A program made the translations under genes and the position numbers. Under the pieces are notes generated by a model. That model saw nothing but the letters and a program-made list of their open reading frames with translations, did no database searches and had not been told where the DNA came from. Below are positions 1 to 12,125 of a DNA stretch of 64,000 nt, in pieces (within the stretch, counting starts at the first letter, position 1; each line of letters starts with the position of its first letter). The DNA is taken from the NCBI RefSeq assembly GCF_006345805.1, contig NC_043014.1, positions 51,894,001-51,958,000 of the forward strand. The letters run 5' to 3'. Source of the DNA: Octopus sinensis. Its lineage: Eukaryota.

Positions 1-408
1 ATAAAGAGCAGTAAAAAAAAACCTGCAACAAAAGCTTGGGGAACAAAAAACAATATACAAACAACATTATTATTAATGTGATGCTTTGCCAAAGAAGGGG
101 AACATTTTTCGCCTTCGTTTACAAAGGGTCTTTGAGATTCAGTTCCAGTAGCATAGTGCTGCTTTTAACGACATGTTCACCTCCACAACCATACATTCAA
201 TCAAAGTTTGTTTTTTTTTTCCCATTCATCAGATCATGCTCAATCTCTGGTTACCATCAATACCATCGTCACCTTAATGTGTTTGCACGGCTTCTCTTTG
301 TTTCCTTTTAATACATTTTCATGTTGAATCTTGAGAACAAAATAATAATAATAATAATAATAATAACAATAATAATAATAATGATAATAATAATGATAAT
401 AATAATAA

Positions 409-502
409 GGCAGACATGTTTTGTTAATTTTTGTGGTGTAAATTCAAGCAGTTATAATAATAAATATAATAAATATAATAATTTGAGTTATTTTAATAAT
501 AC

Positions 503-541
<39 letters not shown>

Positions 542-779
542 GGCAGACATGTTTTGTTAATTTTTGTAGTGTAAATTCTAGCAGTTATAATAATAAATAT
601 AATAAATATAATAATTTGCGTTATTTTAATAATACGAATAATAATAATAATAATAATGATAATAATGATAATAATAATAATAATAAGGCAGACATGTTTT
701 GTCAATTTTTGTGGTGTAAATTCTAGCAGTTTTAATAATAAATATAATAATTTGTGTAATTTTAATAATACGAATAATA

Positions 780-818
<39 letters not shown>

Positions 819-820
819 TA
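409..820. repeat. Three-copy minisatellite: ~95-bp core separated by variable (AAT)n spacers
   Basis: Core GGCAGACATGTTTTG..AATTTT..GTGTAAATTC.AGCAG..TAATAATACG starts at 409, 542 and 687; spacing of 133 and 145 bp reflects different (AAT)n lengths. Confidence 0.9.
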
Positions 821-924
821 GTTAGAATGAACATTAATATTTTTAGCATTAATATAATTAATGTGGACATATAATAAACAGTCATAAAATAATAACATCA
901 GAAATAATAATAACAGAACTAGTT

Positions 925-1042
925 TCAAATTTTGTCACAAGGCCAGCAACTTTCGAGGAGGAAGTAGGTCGTTTACATCGGCCCCTCTGCCTGGCCGGTA
1001 TTTATTTTATCGATTAAAAAAGGAATGAAAGACAGAGTCGAC
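925..1042 (-). mobile_element. SINE family B, diverged fragment
   Basis: CACAAGGCCAGCAACTTT..TTACATCGGCCCC..GGTATTTATTTTATCG..ATGAAAGACAGAGTCGAC matches the reverse complement of the family B body and tail. Confidence 0.65.
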
Positions 1043-1085
1043 CGTCAACGACAGCAAAAACAACAATAATAATAGTAATAATAAT

Positions 1086-1295
1086 ATTTTCTACTATAGT
1101 CACAAGGACCGAGATTTTGGGAGTGGGGACTAATCGATTACATCGACCCCAGTTTTTCACTGATAATTTATTGACCCCCGAATAGGTTGAAAGGCAAAGT
1201 CGAGCTCGGCCGAATATGAACTCAGAAAGTAAAGGTGGACGAAATACGGCTAAGAATTTTGCCCGTCGTGCAAACTATCCTGCCAGCTCGCCGCC
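1086..1295 (-). mobile_element. SINE family B monomer (tRNA-derived head, tail type 2)
   Basis: Reverse complement begins GGCGGCGAGCTGGCAGGATAG (A-box-like), contains TTCTGAGTTCATATTCGG (B-box-like) and GACTTTGCCTTTCA; flanked by (AAT)n on both sides. Confidence 0.85.
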
Positions 1296-1328
<33 letters not shown>

Positions 1329-1482
1329 GATGATGTTCAAGGTAACGATAATAATAATCTTGACGACGAATTTAATGATTATGAAATTGACGCTCATATG
1401 TTTGATAATGGTAAAATTGCTGCTGGAGGACGCTGGAAATGGCTTAACTAACCCCACCAGCACCACTTGTTACAATAAACAC

Positions 1483-1499
1483 ACTACTACTACTACTAC

Positions 1500-1548
<49 letters not shown>
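1483..1548. repeat. (ACT)6 directly abutting (AGT)16; 36-bp perfect palindrome
   Basis: 1483-1500 is (ACT)6 and 1501 onward is (AGT)n, its reverse complement. Confidence 0.9.
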
Positions 1549-1549
<1 letters not shown>

Positions 1550-2243
1550 ACAACAACAACTGCGGTAGAACCAACAGCGGTTATTTCAAAAGTTTTCTGG
1601 CGCTTTTAATGCAAGGGTGATATCAATATTAGTGGCGACTGCGTGTTTCACATGTTGAAATAATAAATTGTAACGTTCGTTACTAAAATAAATAAAAGAA
1701 GCTCTCTCTCTCTCGCACACAAAACCGATGTTATTATAAATGACCATTCTCAAAATCACTCAATACAACTGTCATCATTCACTTCGTTATCATAATTGCT
1801 TTCTTTTCATTTTATTCTTCTATCGAACATTTATTTTTTTCTTTCTCCTATGTTTGAACATTATCTATTTTTTAATATTTTCTTTTTATATTTTGTATTC
1901 AGTTTGCTTTCAGTTTTCTCTCTGCATTTTTTCTTCTTTCAAAGTGACTTATTATTATTTTTCGTATTTCCATTTTTATGCTGTTTTTTTTTATTTCAGT
2001 GCTTGTTTGCGAATATTTCTACATCATCTTTTTTTTTTTTTTCTACAGTTGCAATTCGGAGACAGTTCTGAGTTGATTATAACGTAATTTTCTTCGAAAG
2101 TAATGGCATTCAAAGAGTTCAGATTCTCTGCTAGTTCTAGAAATGATTGATTTGGATTTAAATTATTTTTTTTTTAGTTTTTAACTAATAAAAAAAAACA
2201 AGAAATAAAATATGCGAATTGTAATATACAAAAAAGAACATAA

Positions 2244-2766
2244 AAAGAAATTCATATATATATGTATATATATATATATATATTATATATATGTATCTAT
2301 ATCTATATGTATCTATATGTATATATATGTATGTTATATATATGTATATATATGTATGTATATATATATATGTATATATATATATGTATGTAATATATAT
2401 GTATATATATGTATCTATATGTATCTATATCTATATGTATCTATATATATATGTATGTATATATATGTATCTATATGTATATATATGTATCTATATGTAT
2501 CTATCTATATATATATATATATGTATGTATATGTATGTATATATATGTATATATATGTATGTAATATATATGTATATATATGTATGTATATATATATGTA
2601 TATATATGTATCTATATATATATATATATGTATCTATATATATATATGTATCTATATCTATATGTATCTATATATATATATGTATCTATATGTATCTATC
2701 TATATATATATATGTATCTATATGTATATATATGTATGTATATATATATGTATATATATAATATAT

Positions 2767-2797
<31 letters not shown>
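2244..2797. repeat. Compound (TA)n/(TATG)n/(TATC)n microsatellite array
   Basis: Direct reading; source of the YI/CI-rich spurious ORFs. Confidence 0.95.
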
Positions 2798-4284
2798 CTA
2801 AATGCACATATGTAAATAATGTATGTCTGTATGTATGAAACGAAGTGTGTGACGTCAACGCTTGACAAAAAAATTGTTTTTATTTTGTTAACAGCTACTT
2901 TGATTTTTCTACGACACACTATTGTAAACAGAAAATCACGACTCCTCAAGAATTTAAAAGTAAAATCCAAAATACCATACATAAAAGTAGAATTAAAATC
3001 GAATGTAAAGGAATTTTATTTGTAATTCAATTTTTTTGATGTTTTTTTAAATATATTTTCAGGAATGTAGCTTTTCTTGGTTTTTATTCGTTTCCTTCTC
3101 AAGTTTATATTTAAAAAAAATTTTCTCTATTTTTTTTTATTACTTCGTTGTTCAATTATGTTTGTGTATGTATTTCTTCAATTTTCTTCTACTGCTTTGA
3201 TTATGTGGCGTTGAATTTCCAAGAGATGAAGATTGGTACACTTGTCATAGTCTTTTTCACTGGTTATTCAACTGCAACGCTGATTGGTAGTCTATTGGCT
3301 TCTTACCATGACACTAGGGCACAAACTTTTAGAGAATATATGCAAAGAAAATTGTAAGGTTTGTGTGGAAGTAATTTTTTCAACGGCATCCTATCACCAA
3401 ACTATTTCGTAAAATATCTTCAGAATGCAGATTTAATAATCAAACTCCATATAGAAATGGTTTTGGCAACTATCATGGAAATGCTCGAAAAGCTACGATG
3501 ATATTTGGAAAATTATTGTCTTCTGTTATTTTATTATAGACATTTTTCTATTCATTTCGTATGATATATTTATATTTAAGGTGGTCTGGTGGTGAGAAAG
3601 TGTATTTAATATCACAGCACAGATTTTCCCAAATGTTAATAGAATATTTCATAACACAGACTGGACATTATATTACTTTAGCGGGGTGCCTTCCAGTAAA
3701 AATACTCAATTCCGATTGTCGGTATCAAATCACGTTCAAAAAGGCAGAAATTCATACTTTGGATCATGACCAAGTTTGAATTAAACCTTCAATGCTATTA
3801 CACTGTTCTGCTTAAAACAATTTTGGTACGAAGAATTTTTCTGAAAACACGTTGTCTCGAAGCAATAATTTTAATGACACAGAAATCTCTGCGTAAGGAA
3901 AAAAATATTTTTAGTTAATTGAATTCAGAGTTCTTTGTGGTTCGGGCAATCATAGTTGAAGTTGAAATTAACTATAATGACCAACGGTGATCAGAGATAC
4001 GAAGTTCACTTGTGGAAGCTTTCCATACCGAATGAAAAATACGTATGTCTGCTTTAGATCAAACATACACAGGTTTGTGTGTATATATCTATATAAATTT
4101 CCATGCATCTGCTTGGTAAAACCGTTTGCCTGATAGGTATCTGGATTATTTTTACACATATTCGTTGAAACTGCCAATCATAGAATCTCAGAAGGACACT
4201 GAACTATTAGAACGGCGCTCTGTTTCATTCTTTGAAATCCTGTTCTCCTTCTTATAATATTACACATACACATATACATATGTG

Positions 4285-4324
<40 letters not shown>

Positions 4325-4437
4325 CATACATACATACATCTACATACATACATATACACATATATATATATATAGTTAATCCAAACAAGAAAACACAGAA
4401 AAAAACAGCAACGCGAGCTCGTGGAACAATTAAAGTA

Positions 4438-4506
4438 TTATTTGACGCTCAGGAAAGAAGGGAAGGAGGGTTTAACGTTTCGAGCGGAGCTCTTCGTCGG
4501 AAACAA
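4438..4506 (-). ncRNA. Type I hammerhead-ribozyme-like motif (U4C core variant) in a probable Penelope-like terminal-repeat cassette
   Basis: Minus strand: stem I UUGUUU, core CCGACGA, extra A, stem II GAGC-UCC-GCUC, GAAA, stem III CGUU..AGCG, GUC triplet (C at 4444), stem I' AAAUAA. All three helices pair. Confidence 0.7.
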
Positions 4507-4586
4507 GGAGAAGGAAAGATCCCAAGAAGGGAAAACAGAGGAAAAAAATATTTTTGCTGGTGGTGCTCAAGAGATCACATGTTGAA

Positions 4587-4844
4587 AGCTCGAGGCTATA
4601 GTAGGGGCTGAAAAGAGAAGCACATTCATATATATATATATAATGATAAATCTCAGAGCGAGTTATAAACAGTAGCGGTAACACATCGTGATGCATATGT
4701 GCCATTTGAATATGGCTAACCCATAAGGGTGGATGCTACTGTAGTTTGTAGCCCCAGGAAGATATCTCCTCCAGCTGGCTATAGACACACTATCTATATA
4801 TATGAATATGCTACTCAGTTCAGCCCCTACTATAGCCTCGAGCT
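4587..4844. mobile_element. MITE/fold-back-like element with 26-bp perfect terminal inverted repeats
   Basis: AGCTCGAGGCTATAGTAGGGGCTGAA (4587-4612) is the exact reverse complement of 4819-4844; imperfect pairing continues about 25 bp inward. Confidence 0.75.
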
Positions 4845-5013
4845 GCCTAAAACCTCGAGAGTGAATTTCTTAGACGGAGACCGAAAGACGTTCGTCCTTT
4901 ACATAATATCGAGGTGTTATCCATTCTTTTGTTTTCATATTATTATAACTATTAATATGTATAAATAAATATATCGAGCTCCGTCAGCATGGTCTGAAGC
5001 TTACCCGTTTTTT

Positions 5014-5319
5014 CAGAAGTTTTGGAGCTATCGCACCTCCTTGCATCACTCCCTTCTCGACCGGCACTCGTACGATTGATGATAGCAGAGCTATGTTGGT
5101 GTTGCCTCCCTAAGCAGTTGCACAGATTGCGTCTCCACTCCTTGCTTCTGCTGCGAGTTGAGCACTGCGTCGGTTTCGACGCTGTCGAAGGCCTTCTCAT
5201 AGTCTACAAACGCAACGCAAAGTGGCAGCTTGTACTCATTCGCTCGCTCAAGTAGTTGTGTTAGAGTGATCCATCGTGCTGTAGTTCTTCCGGAAGCCTG
5301 CTTGCTCCTGTTCATCAAG
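5014..5319 (-). mobile_element. RTE-clade non-LTR retrotransposon reverse transcriptase fragment (frameshifted)
   Basis: Minus frames give EQAGFRKNYSTMDH / TLTQLLERANEYKLPLCVAFVDYEKAFDSVE..AVLNS..KQGV / VPVEKGVMQGGAIAPKLL, matching the RT motifs QAGF, DYEKAFDSV and KGVRQGD..SPKLF. Confidence 0.9.
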
Positions 5320-5453
5320 ATACACCCCCCCACACACACAAACTAATATATATATATATACACACACATATATATATACATATACACACATACATACATA
5401 TGTATGTATTTATGTATAACTCTCTCTCTCTCTCTCTCTCTCTCTCCTCCTCT

Positions 5454-5497
<44 letters not shown>

Positions 5498-5887
5498 TCT
5501 CCTTCTTAACGACAGAAGCCGTATTAGACAAGCATTCTGAACATTAGATTTATCAGATAATCATGGAAAGTGCGTTGCGTTATTCTTCACGAAATAAGCA
5601 TTACGTATACATGTATAGTGTTAAATATCACACGAATATATGAGAAGCTAAAAGGCACTGTTTGCTATCACTAGTTGGATCCTTAGATATGTATTTTTTA
5701 AACGTCATCCTTACCAAGTAGTTACAAGCAGCTCATGACATAACAATCATACCCCCCGACTGATGTAGAGAATGGCATAGGTATGTAAGTATCAATCTAA
5801 ATATATATTTCTCTCTCTCTCTCAAATTGTTGTATATATATATACATATATGGATAGCCAAGTTGCAAGCATGAATGTATGTGTTAT

Positions 5888-6276
5888 TACTCTTTTACTT
5901 GTTTCAGTCATTTGACTGCGGCCATGCTGGAGCACCGCCTTTAATCGAGCAACTCGACCCCGGGACTTATTCTTTTGTAAAGCCCAGTACTTATTATATC
6001 GGTCTCTTTTGCCGAACCGCTAAGTTACGGGGGAAATAAACACACAAGCAATGCTAGGGGGACAAACACATACACACAAACATATACATACACTTATATA
6101 TATATATATATATATATATATACGACAGACTTCTTTCAGTTTCCGTCTACCAAATCCACTCACAAGGCATTGGTCGGCCCGGGGCTATAGCAGAAGAAAC
6201 TTGCCACGCAGTGGGACTGAACCCGGAACCATGTGGGTGGTTAGAAAGCTACTTACCACACAGCCACTCCTGCGCC
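5888..6276 (-). mobile_element. SINE family A (tRNA head, CORE-like segment), near full length
   Basis: Reverse complement of GGCGCAGGAGTGGCTGTGTGGTAAG...CAGCATGGCCGCAGTCAAATGACTGAAACAAGTAAAAGAGT; small deletion in the CCTTGGGCAAGT segment. Confidence 0.92.
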
Positions 6277-6392
6277 TATAATAATTTATAATAATAAATA
6301 CGATGCAATTTCTGATGATCAACGTCCAGAGGACAGTCTGAAAATTTCAATCGTTGTAAGAATTGCATGGTTTACATGTTTGGATTTTGTAG

Positions 6393-6476
6393 TCCACGGC
6401 GAGGAGGGGGAACCGTAAGATACAGGGGGTGAACTCTAGTTTTGTCATTTAAAACTGAGATGTTCTGGAGATCAAG
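6393..6476 (+). other. Candidate exon (mostly UTR, ATG at 6460) with strong donor
   Basis: TTTGGATTTTGTAG acceptor and AAG|GTGAGT donor; the three full-length frames are closed but ATG TTC TGG AGA TCA AG is open at the 3' end. Confidence 0.25.
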
Positions 6477-7159
6477 GTGAGTATTGTTAAAATAGAGTAG
6501 AGCAAGAATGAGAACAGGAACGGGAAAGAGAGAGAGAGAGTAAGAGAGCCAAGTAAGACACTGTGAGATAGTGAACATTTCTGCATACAATATCTTCTCA
6601 AGTATAAAACATCCATTGAATATTCTTAATTTTGTTTTAAGCAAATATTTATTCAGTAGTTGCAAATAGTATGGCAGTCAAACACATACATCGGCCAATT
6701 CACAAAGATACGACCATTTCGCAAGGTAGCGCCTCCATATACACATACAGTCGCACGCGTGTATGTTTGCTTAGACGCCTACATTTACACAAAGACATGT
6801 GTGTGTATATAACCACATATACGCATATGCTGTCCATTAGTTTATATATGCACACAACTCTATTTATATAGAATAGTTTGAATTGAATGAGGAACACAAT
6901 ATATGAATATATATATATATATGTGTGTGCGTATGTTTGTGTATTTGGTTCTGTGTGTATATGTATAGATATATATGTATATTATATATAAATATACACG
7001 CACGCTCACTCATATGTGTGTGTCTGTGTGCACATAAAATATATATTTTCCTTCAAGCATTTCTAAAATAAACCTGACAACTGAAGTTTTGCAATATATC
7101 ATTATGAAATATATTGTTAGTAATGCAGATATAATAGACAAGAATTTAGGCAGGGAGGG

Positions 7160-7199
<40 letters not shown>

Positions 7200-7559
7200 G
7201 TATTATGAATTAATAAACGAGAGATAGATAGGGTAAGAATCGAAGGAGAGCGAAATAAAAAGACAAACGGAGAAATAAGGTAGAGAGCTAGTGAATGAGA
7301 AGCAGGTGCGGAGAGAAATAGAGGAGAGATAAAGATAAATATATATTCTTTTCTTTTATATAGATATGAATTGATGAATAGGCGATAGTAATATTCAACA
7401 TAATATGCTTCTTACGATGAATGACAGTTTTAGTCGCATATTAACCAGGAAAGTATAGAAAGGAGGGCAAACGTGAAGGAAAGAATTTCAGGAATAAACG
7501 ATTGTGACTAGAGAGTGAAAAAGACATTGACTAGCAGAGAAAATTATCTCATGTGCGTT

Positions 7560-7690
7560 TCGCATATATATATATATGTGTGTGTGTGCGTGTGTGCGTG
7601 TGTGTGTATGCGTGTATAAAAGTATGTATATATATATGTATATATTTTATGCATATATATGTATAGATATATATTCATATATATATGTGT

Positions 7691-7733
<43 letters not shown>

Positions 7734-7973
7734 GTAGATATTGTATGCGATATATTATAATGCATATATATATTGCATAGATATATGTGTATATATATAT
7801 ATTTATATGTATATATAATATATAGTATATATATATATATATATGCATATATATATGTGTATACATACAATATATATGGTATACATACATATATATATAA
7901 ATGTATATATAAATGTATATATAAATGTATATATATATAATTATATTAATGTATATATATGTATATATAAATG

Positions 7974-8008
<35 letters not shown>

Positions 8009-8015
8009 GTATGTA
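7560..8015. repeat. Compound (TA)n/(TG)n microsatellite
   Basis: Direct reading. Confidence 0.95.
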
Positions 8016-8108
8016 AGTATATGTTTGTGCGTCTTTTGTGTGTTCGTGTGTCTGTGTATACAATCAATGTGTCCCTTAAAAATGTAAAGATGGCGCATAA
8101 TCCAATTG

Positions 8109-8562
8109 TTACATTGTGTTCCATTGATTGTAATATGGCTGACTGAAATATAACACTAACCACTGCAACTCCTCATCGTCGTCTGACGTGTTCGACGAGG
8201 ATTGCATGATCGAAATTAATAGTAGCACCGTTTTTAATGTATATTGATATGTGGTTACAATATTCGATTCGCAAATACGTGTCTTTGACTTCGAGTCATG
8301 AGTGGCGAGAGTTTTCTCTAAATTCTTCATGACAATGAAATCTGTGTAAATGGAATTTGGTTGCCGGAAACTTGATGAAAACCGATCGAAGAGTTTCTGT
8401 GGTTTGTTGTTTACGGCGGTCGGAGTTAACTTAATCGGTACACGAGCACCACCGTCACCACTACCACCGCCATCAACACCAACACTACCAGCACCAACAC
8501 TACCAGCACCAACAACACCAGCACCACGATCACCACGTAAAACCGCCACCACTTCCACCACC
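8109..8562 (-). CDS. Candidate coding exon / 150-codon open frame of unknown product
   Basis: Open frame with about 110 codons of non-repetitive sequence ([21 protein letters not shown]...[13 protein letters not shown]); TTTAG acceptor at the upstream end and a possible G|GTTAGT donor near 8163. No recognisable family. Confidence 0.25.
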
Positions 8563-8920
8563 TAAATTGCCTTTTGTTTTAAAATGAAAAATCAAATTGA
8601 AAACATATCCTCCTTTCCGAAGATAAGTTATACGTTTACTATGACAACTCCTGAAGATGTAAAAAAGCGTCACAGAAGTTTGGTTTACATCTGCGACGCA
8701 ATCACTAAATTCTTAACTTCTTTGATGACAAGAATTACAATAACTCTATATTCTGTGTGGTTTTTAACAATGCAGTTACCGGTTTCTGGCACTTTAAGAC
8801 GATCTGTTCATGCTGGAATAAAATGAGAAAACGAAATGAAATAAATTAAATTCATCTTTCATACTATCATTTTTTAAAAATTTCTGTAGAGGTTGCATTA
8901 CATGGAGCAGCATATAAATG

Positions 8921-8954
<34 letters not shown>

Positions 8955-9344
8955 ATATCATTTTTCCTGATGCTAATTGTTCCTGACAGTGTAAACAAAC
9001 ATTGAACAGCCAAATGTTTTCACCAATTTTGCAAATGGCAAGCTACATGAACATACATCAAATGTGAAAATGTAGTCTAAGAGCAAAGGTATACATTGAT
9101 AAAATTTAATTTTGATACAGATCAAAACATTTTATAATCTTATGATTTAGTTACTTCGAAATATCTACTTCTTTTTCTATTCGTAATTCCATTCTGTTGC
9201 CAATGCAAAGATATCTGCTTCGAAATTTATTGACCTCTCTTTCTAAATTGGCGCTTTGTTTGGTTTTATTTTGATGCTCGTCTTTATAAATTCATATTCA
9301 AAACATCCGTTAAAGCTGAATAGCGAAACACATACCTTCATTGC

Positions 9345-9362
9345 TCTATCTATCTATCTATC

Positions 9363-9394
<32 letters not shown>

Positions 9395-9540
9395 ATCTCT
9401 CTCTATCTCTCTATATATCTATCTCTCTCTCTATCCATTTATCGACATATCTACTTATCTATTTATACATCTATCTATCTATCTGCCTATTTACCTATAT
9501 ATCTGTCTATCTCCAGGTCTATGTGATTGTCTGTCTGTTT
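9345..9540. repeat. (TCTA)n microsatellite, degenerate
   Basis: Direct reading. Confidence 0.9.
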
Positions 9541-9889
9541 ATGTTTACTCACACATATACATGTATTCATGTATATACATTCACACACATCAGTATCAAC
9601 ACACAAACCCCTCCACGCAGAAAACCGGGAGGAACAAGTCGTTTCTGAACGACAGCGACAGAATAAATTCCATTCTTCAAAGAAACTCCACTATTATTCT
9701 TCAGCACGACCGCAATCACATAACTGAAACACTAAACAATGCAATAGAGAGACACATGTTTGCCGAGGCAGGATAATTTTCATTCATCTAAGCGACATAC
9801 TAACTGTGCACAACGCCTCAACATGTCGTCACGTAGACGTTACTTTGTATATGTCGCTTCTCCTAATTTACGCACACATATGCACGCAT

Positions 9890-10380
9890 ATATCTATATA
9901 ATATATTATATATATACACCACATATATATATATATACACACACACATATATATATATATATATACACACATATATATATACCATATATATATATATATA
10001 CATACACATATATATATTATATACACAATATATATATACACATATATATATATACACATAGATATATATATATATACACATATATATATATATACACATA
10101 TATATATACACATATATATATATACACATATATATATATACACATATATATATACACATTATATATATATACAGATATATATATACACATATATATATAT
10201 ATACATATATATATATACACATCTATATACACATATATATATACACACATATATATATATACCATATATATATATACACACACACCATATATATATATAT
10301 ATACACACATATATATATATACACATATATATACACATATATATATATACACATATATATATACACATATATATATACAC

Positions 10381-10413
<33 letters not shown>

Positions 10414-10590
10414 CATTATATATATACACATATATATATACACATATATATATATACACATATATAGATACACATAGATATATATATACACATATATATA
10501 TATATACCATATATATACACATATATATACACACATATATATATATATACACCACACACATATATATAGATATATATATATATATATATG
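9890..10590. repeat. Compound (TA)n/(CA)n microsatellite array
   Basis: Direct reading. Confidence 0.95.
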
Positions 10591-11297
10591 TGCATGCGAG
10601 TGTTTATAATCTTTGAAGACAAGCATTTCAATTAACCTAGCCACACTCTAATGTCAATGGTGAAGGAAATATTTTTATTAAAATCATGTTTGCTGCTCCT
10701 TTTTATACTTTAAAAACAAAAATCAAGTATTAAACCTTTTGACCATAATAATTTTTTTCTCCAAAACATATTTACACCCTTTCTCGTGAAATATCAAAAT
10801 ATTCATTATCCACATTTGACCTATCAACAACTTAAATAATTTAATACATCAACGAAGTTAATAAGGAAAAGAGGACAAAAATACCAAAAAAAAAAAAGAA
10901 AAATTAAAGATTAAAAACAACATACATTATCTTTATTTTCCAATTATATTTGCTTATTTTTTTATTTGTCAAATAAATTTCAATTTGTGTATGGCCCGAC
11001 TGTCGAGCTATTTACAAGATATCGCTAATAAGTCTATTACGGCCTTTGAACTCTTATTTAACTCGTCTGTAATGTTTGTTGCATTTGTATTGTTTATTTT
11101 ATTTTTTCTGAATAATTTCGTCTTGTTTTTTTTCTATTTTCTTTTTCATCCAACTTTTACGTCGTGTTCCGCCATATTTTACTTATTCCTCTTATAATGT
11201 ATTATGTTTATATATATAAGTTATCTTTTGTTTTAGTTCCTTTTGGTTTTGTAATAAGTTTCCTACGTTGAAAATATATACATGCCAGCAATATGGG

Positions 11298-11495
11298 TTT
11301 CAAATTTTAGCACGCAGCCGGCAATTTCGGGGACGGTTTTCGTCAATTACCCTGATCTCAGTGCTGGACTGTTACTTATTTTATTGACTGTAAAATGATG
11401 AGAGTCAGATTCGAACCCAAAATCATTTTAACACAAATGGAAGGAATAACGCTAAGTATTTTGACCGCCGCAGTAACGATTCTGCCAGTTCAACA
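11298..11495 (-). mobile_element. SINE family B, strongly diverged
   Basis: GCTAAGTATTTT..TAACGATTCTGCCAGTTC at the right end matches the reverse-complement head; residual body motifs. Confidence 0.55.
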
Positions 11496-11637
11496 CCTAT
11501 CTTTATCAAAATTAAGGTGATGAAATAGCAGAACGTGGGCATCAATATACCGCACATGACCAGATAGAAATAGCTGTCAATTCTTTTTATACAACAACGG
11601 TACTTTCTACCATATCATGCTCATTTGCCAAGCGTCT

Positions 11638-12125
11638 TTGGCATGTGAGTAAAGCTTGGTTAAACGATGTGCTATGACTAGGCTAATTCTTTTAAGTGCC
11701 TTTGTAATCCCAAGCAAAATAGCTGCATTCCTGGTTCTCCTGCCCTTGACGAAGTAGAACCTGGATGATGTAACTATTATGATGGATGGTGCACCACCTC
11801 TCGGTTGGCGCTTTATTTCACACAAGCAGACAAGAAAGCGAGCATTGCAGTGTTACCGAATGCTGTGTGACAATCTGTTGTCATCATGACTGCTGCCCAC
11901 TGCTGTCTTAACACTGTAAGATGTGACTTGGACAGCTGAAACAACGGAGACTAGGAAGGTGTGGCAAGTAGGAAGTGACACACCTTGTGCTCTGACAACA
12001 TTCTTGCGCCGACATTAATCCCGACTTCTTTGAACAGGGCCTTTGAACAGTTGAGAAAAATACCAGCAGCTTGCCGGCAACAGCAAGGCGTAACTGGTTG
12101 TCATGATCGAGGTGGGGTTTGAAAA
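11638..12125 (+). mobile_element. Degenerate, internally deleted RLE-type (HERO-like) non-LTR retrotransposon relic
   Basis: Collinear motif remnants: E*SLVKRCAMTRLILLSAF (like EVGIAMGC.ISPILF..AF), LDDVTI at 11761 (RT YxDD), CPL..CK (CCHC), GQLKQ..GD*E, HLVL*, RAFE..KYQQLA..IEVG (RLE tail). Many stops and frameshifts. Confidence 0.5.

Noticed and set aside
2212-2801. Long YI/CI/YM-rich ORFs here and at 9.8-10.6, 24.6-25.5, 33.6-35.4, 38.2-38.9, 46.8-47.6 and 54.3-54.8 kb
   Set aside because: They are translations of (TA)n/(TG)n/(TATG)n arrays, which lack stop codons by composition.
6305-6355. CTGATGA...GAAA hammerhead-like spacing
   Set aside because: Stem II is not closed at its base and stem I does not pair; probably chance.
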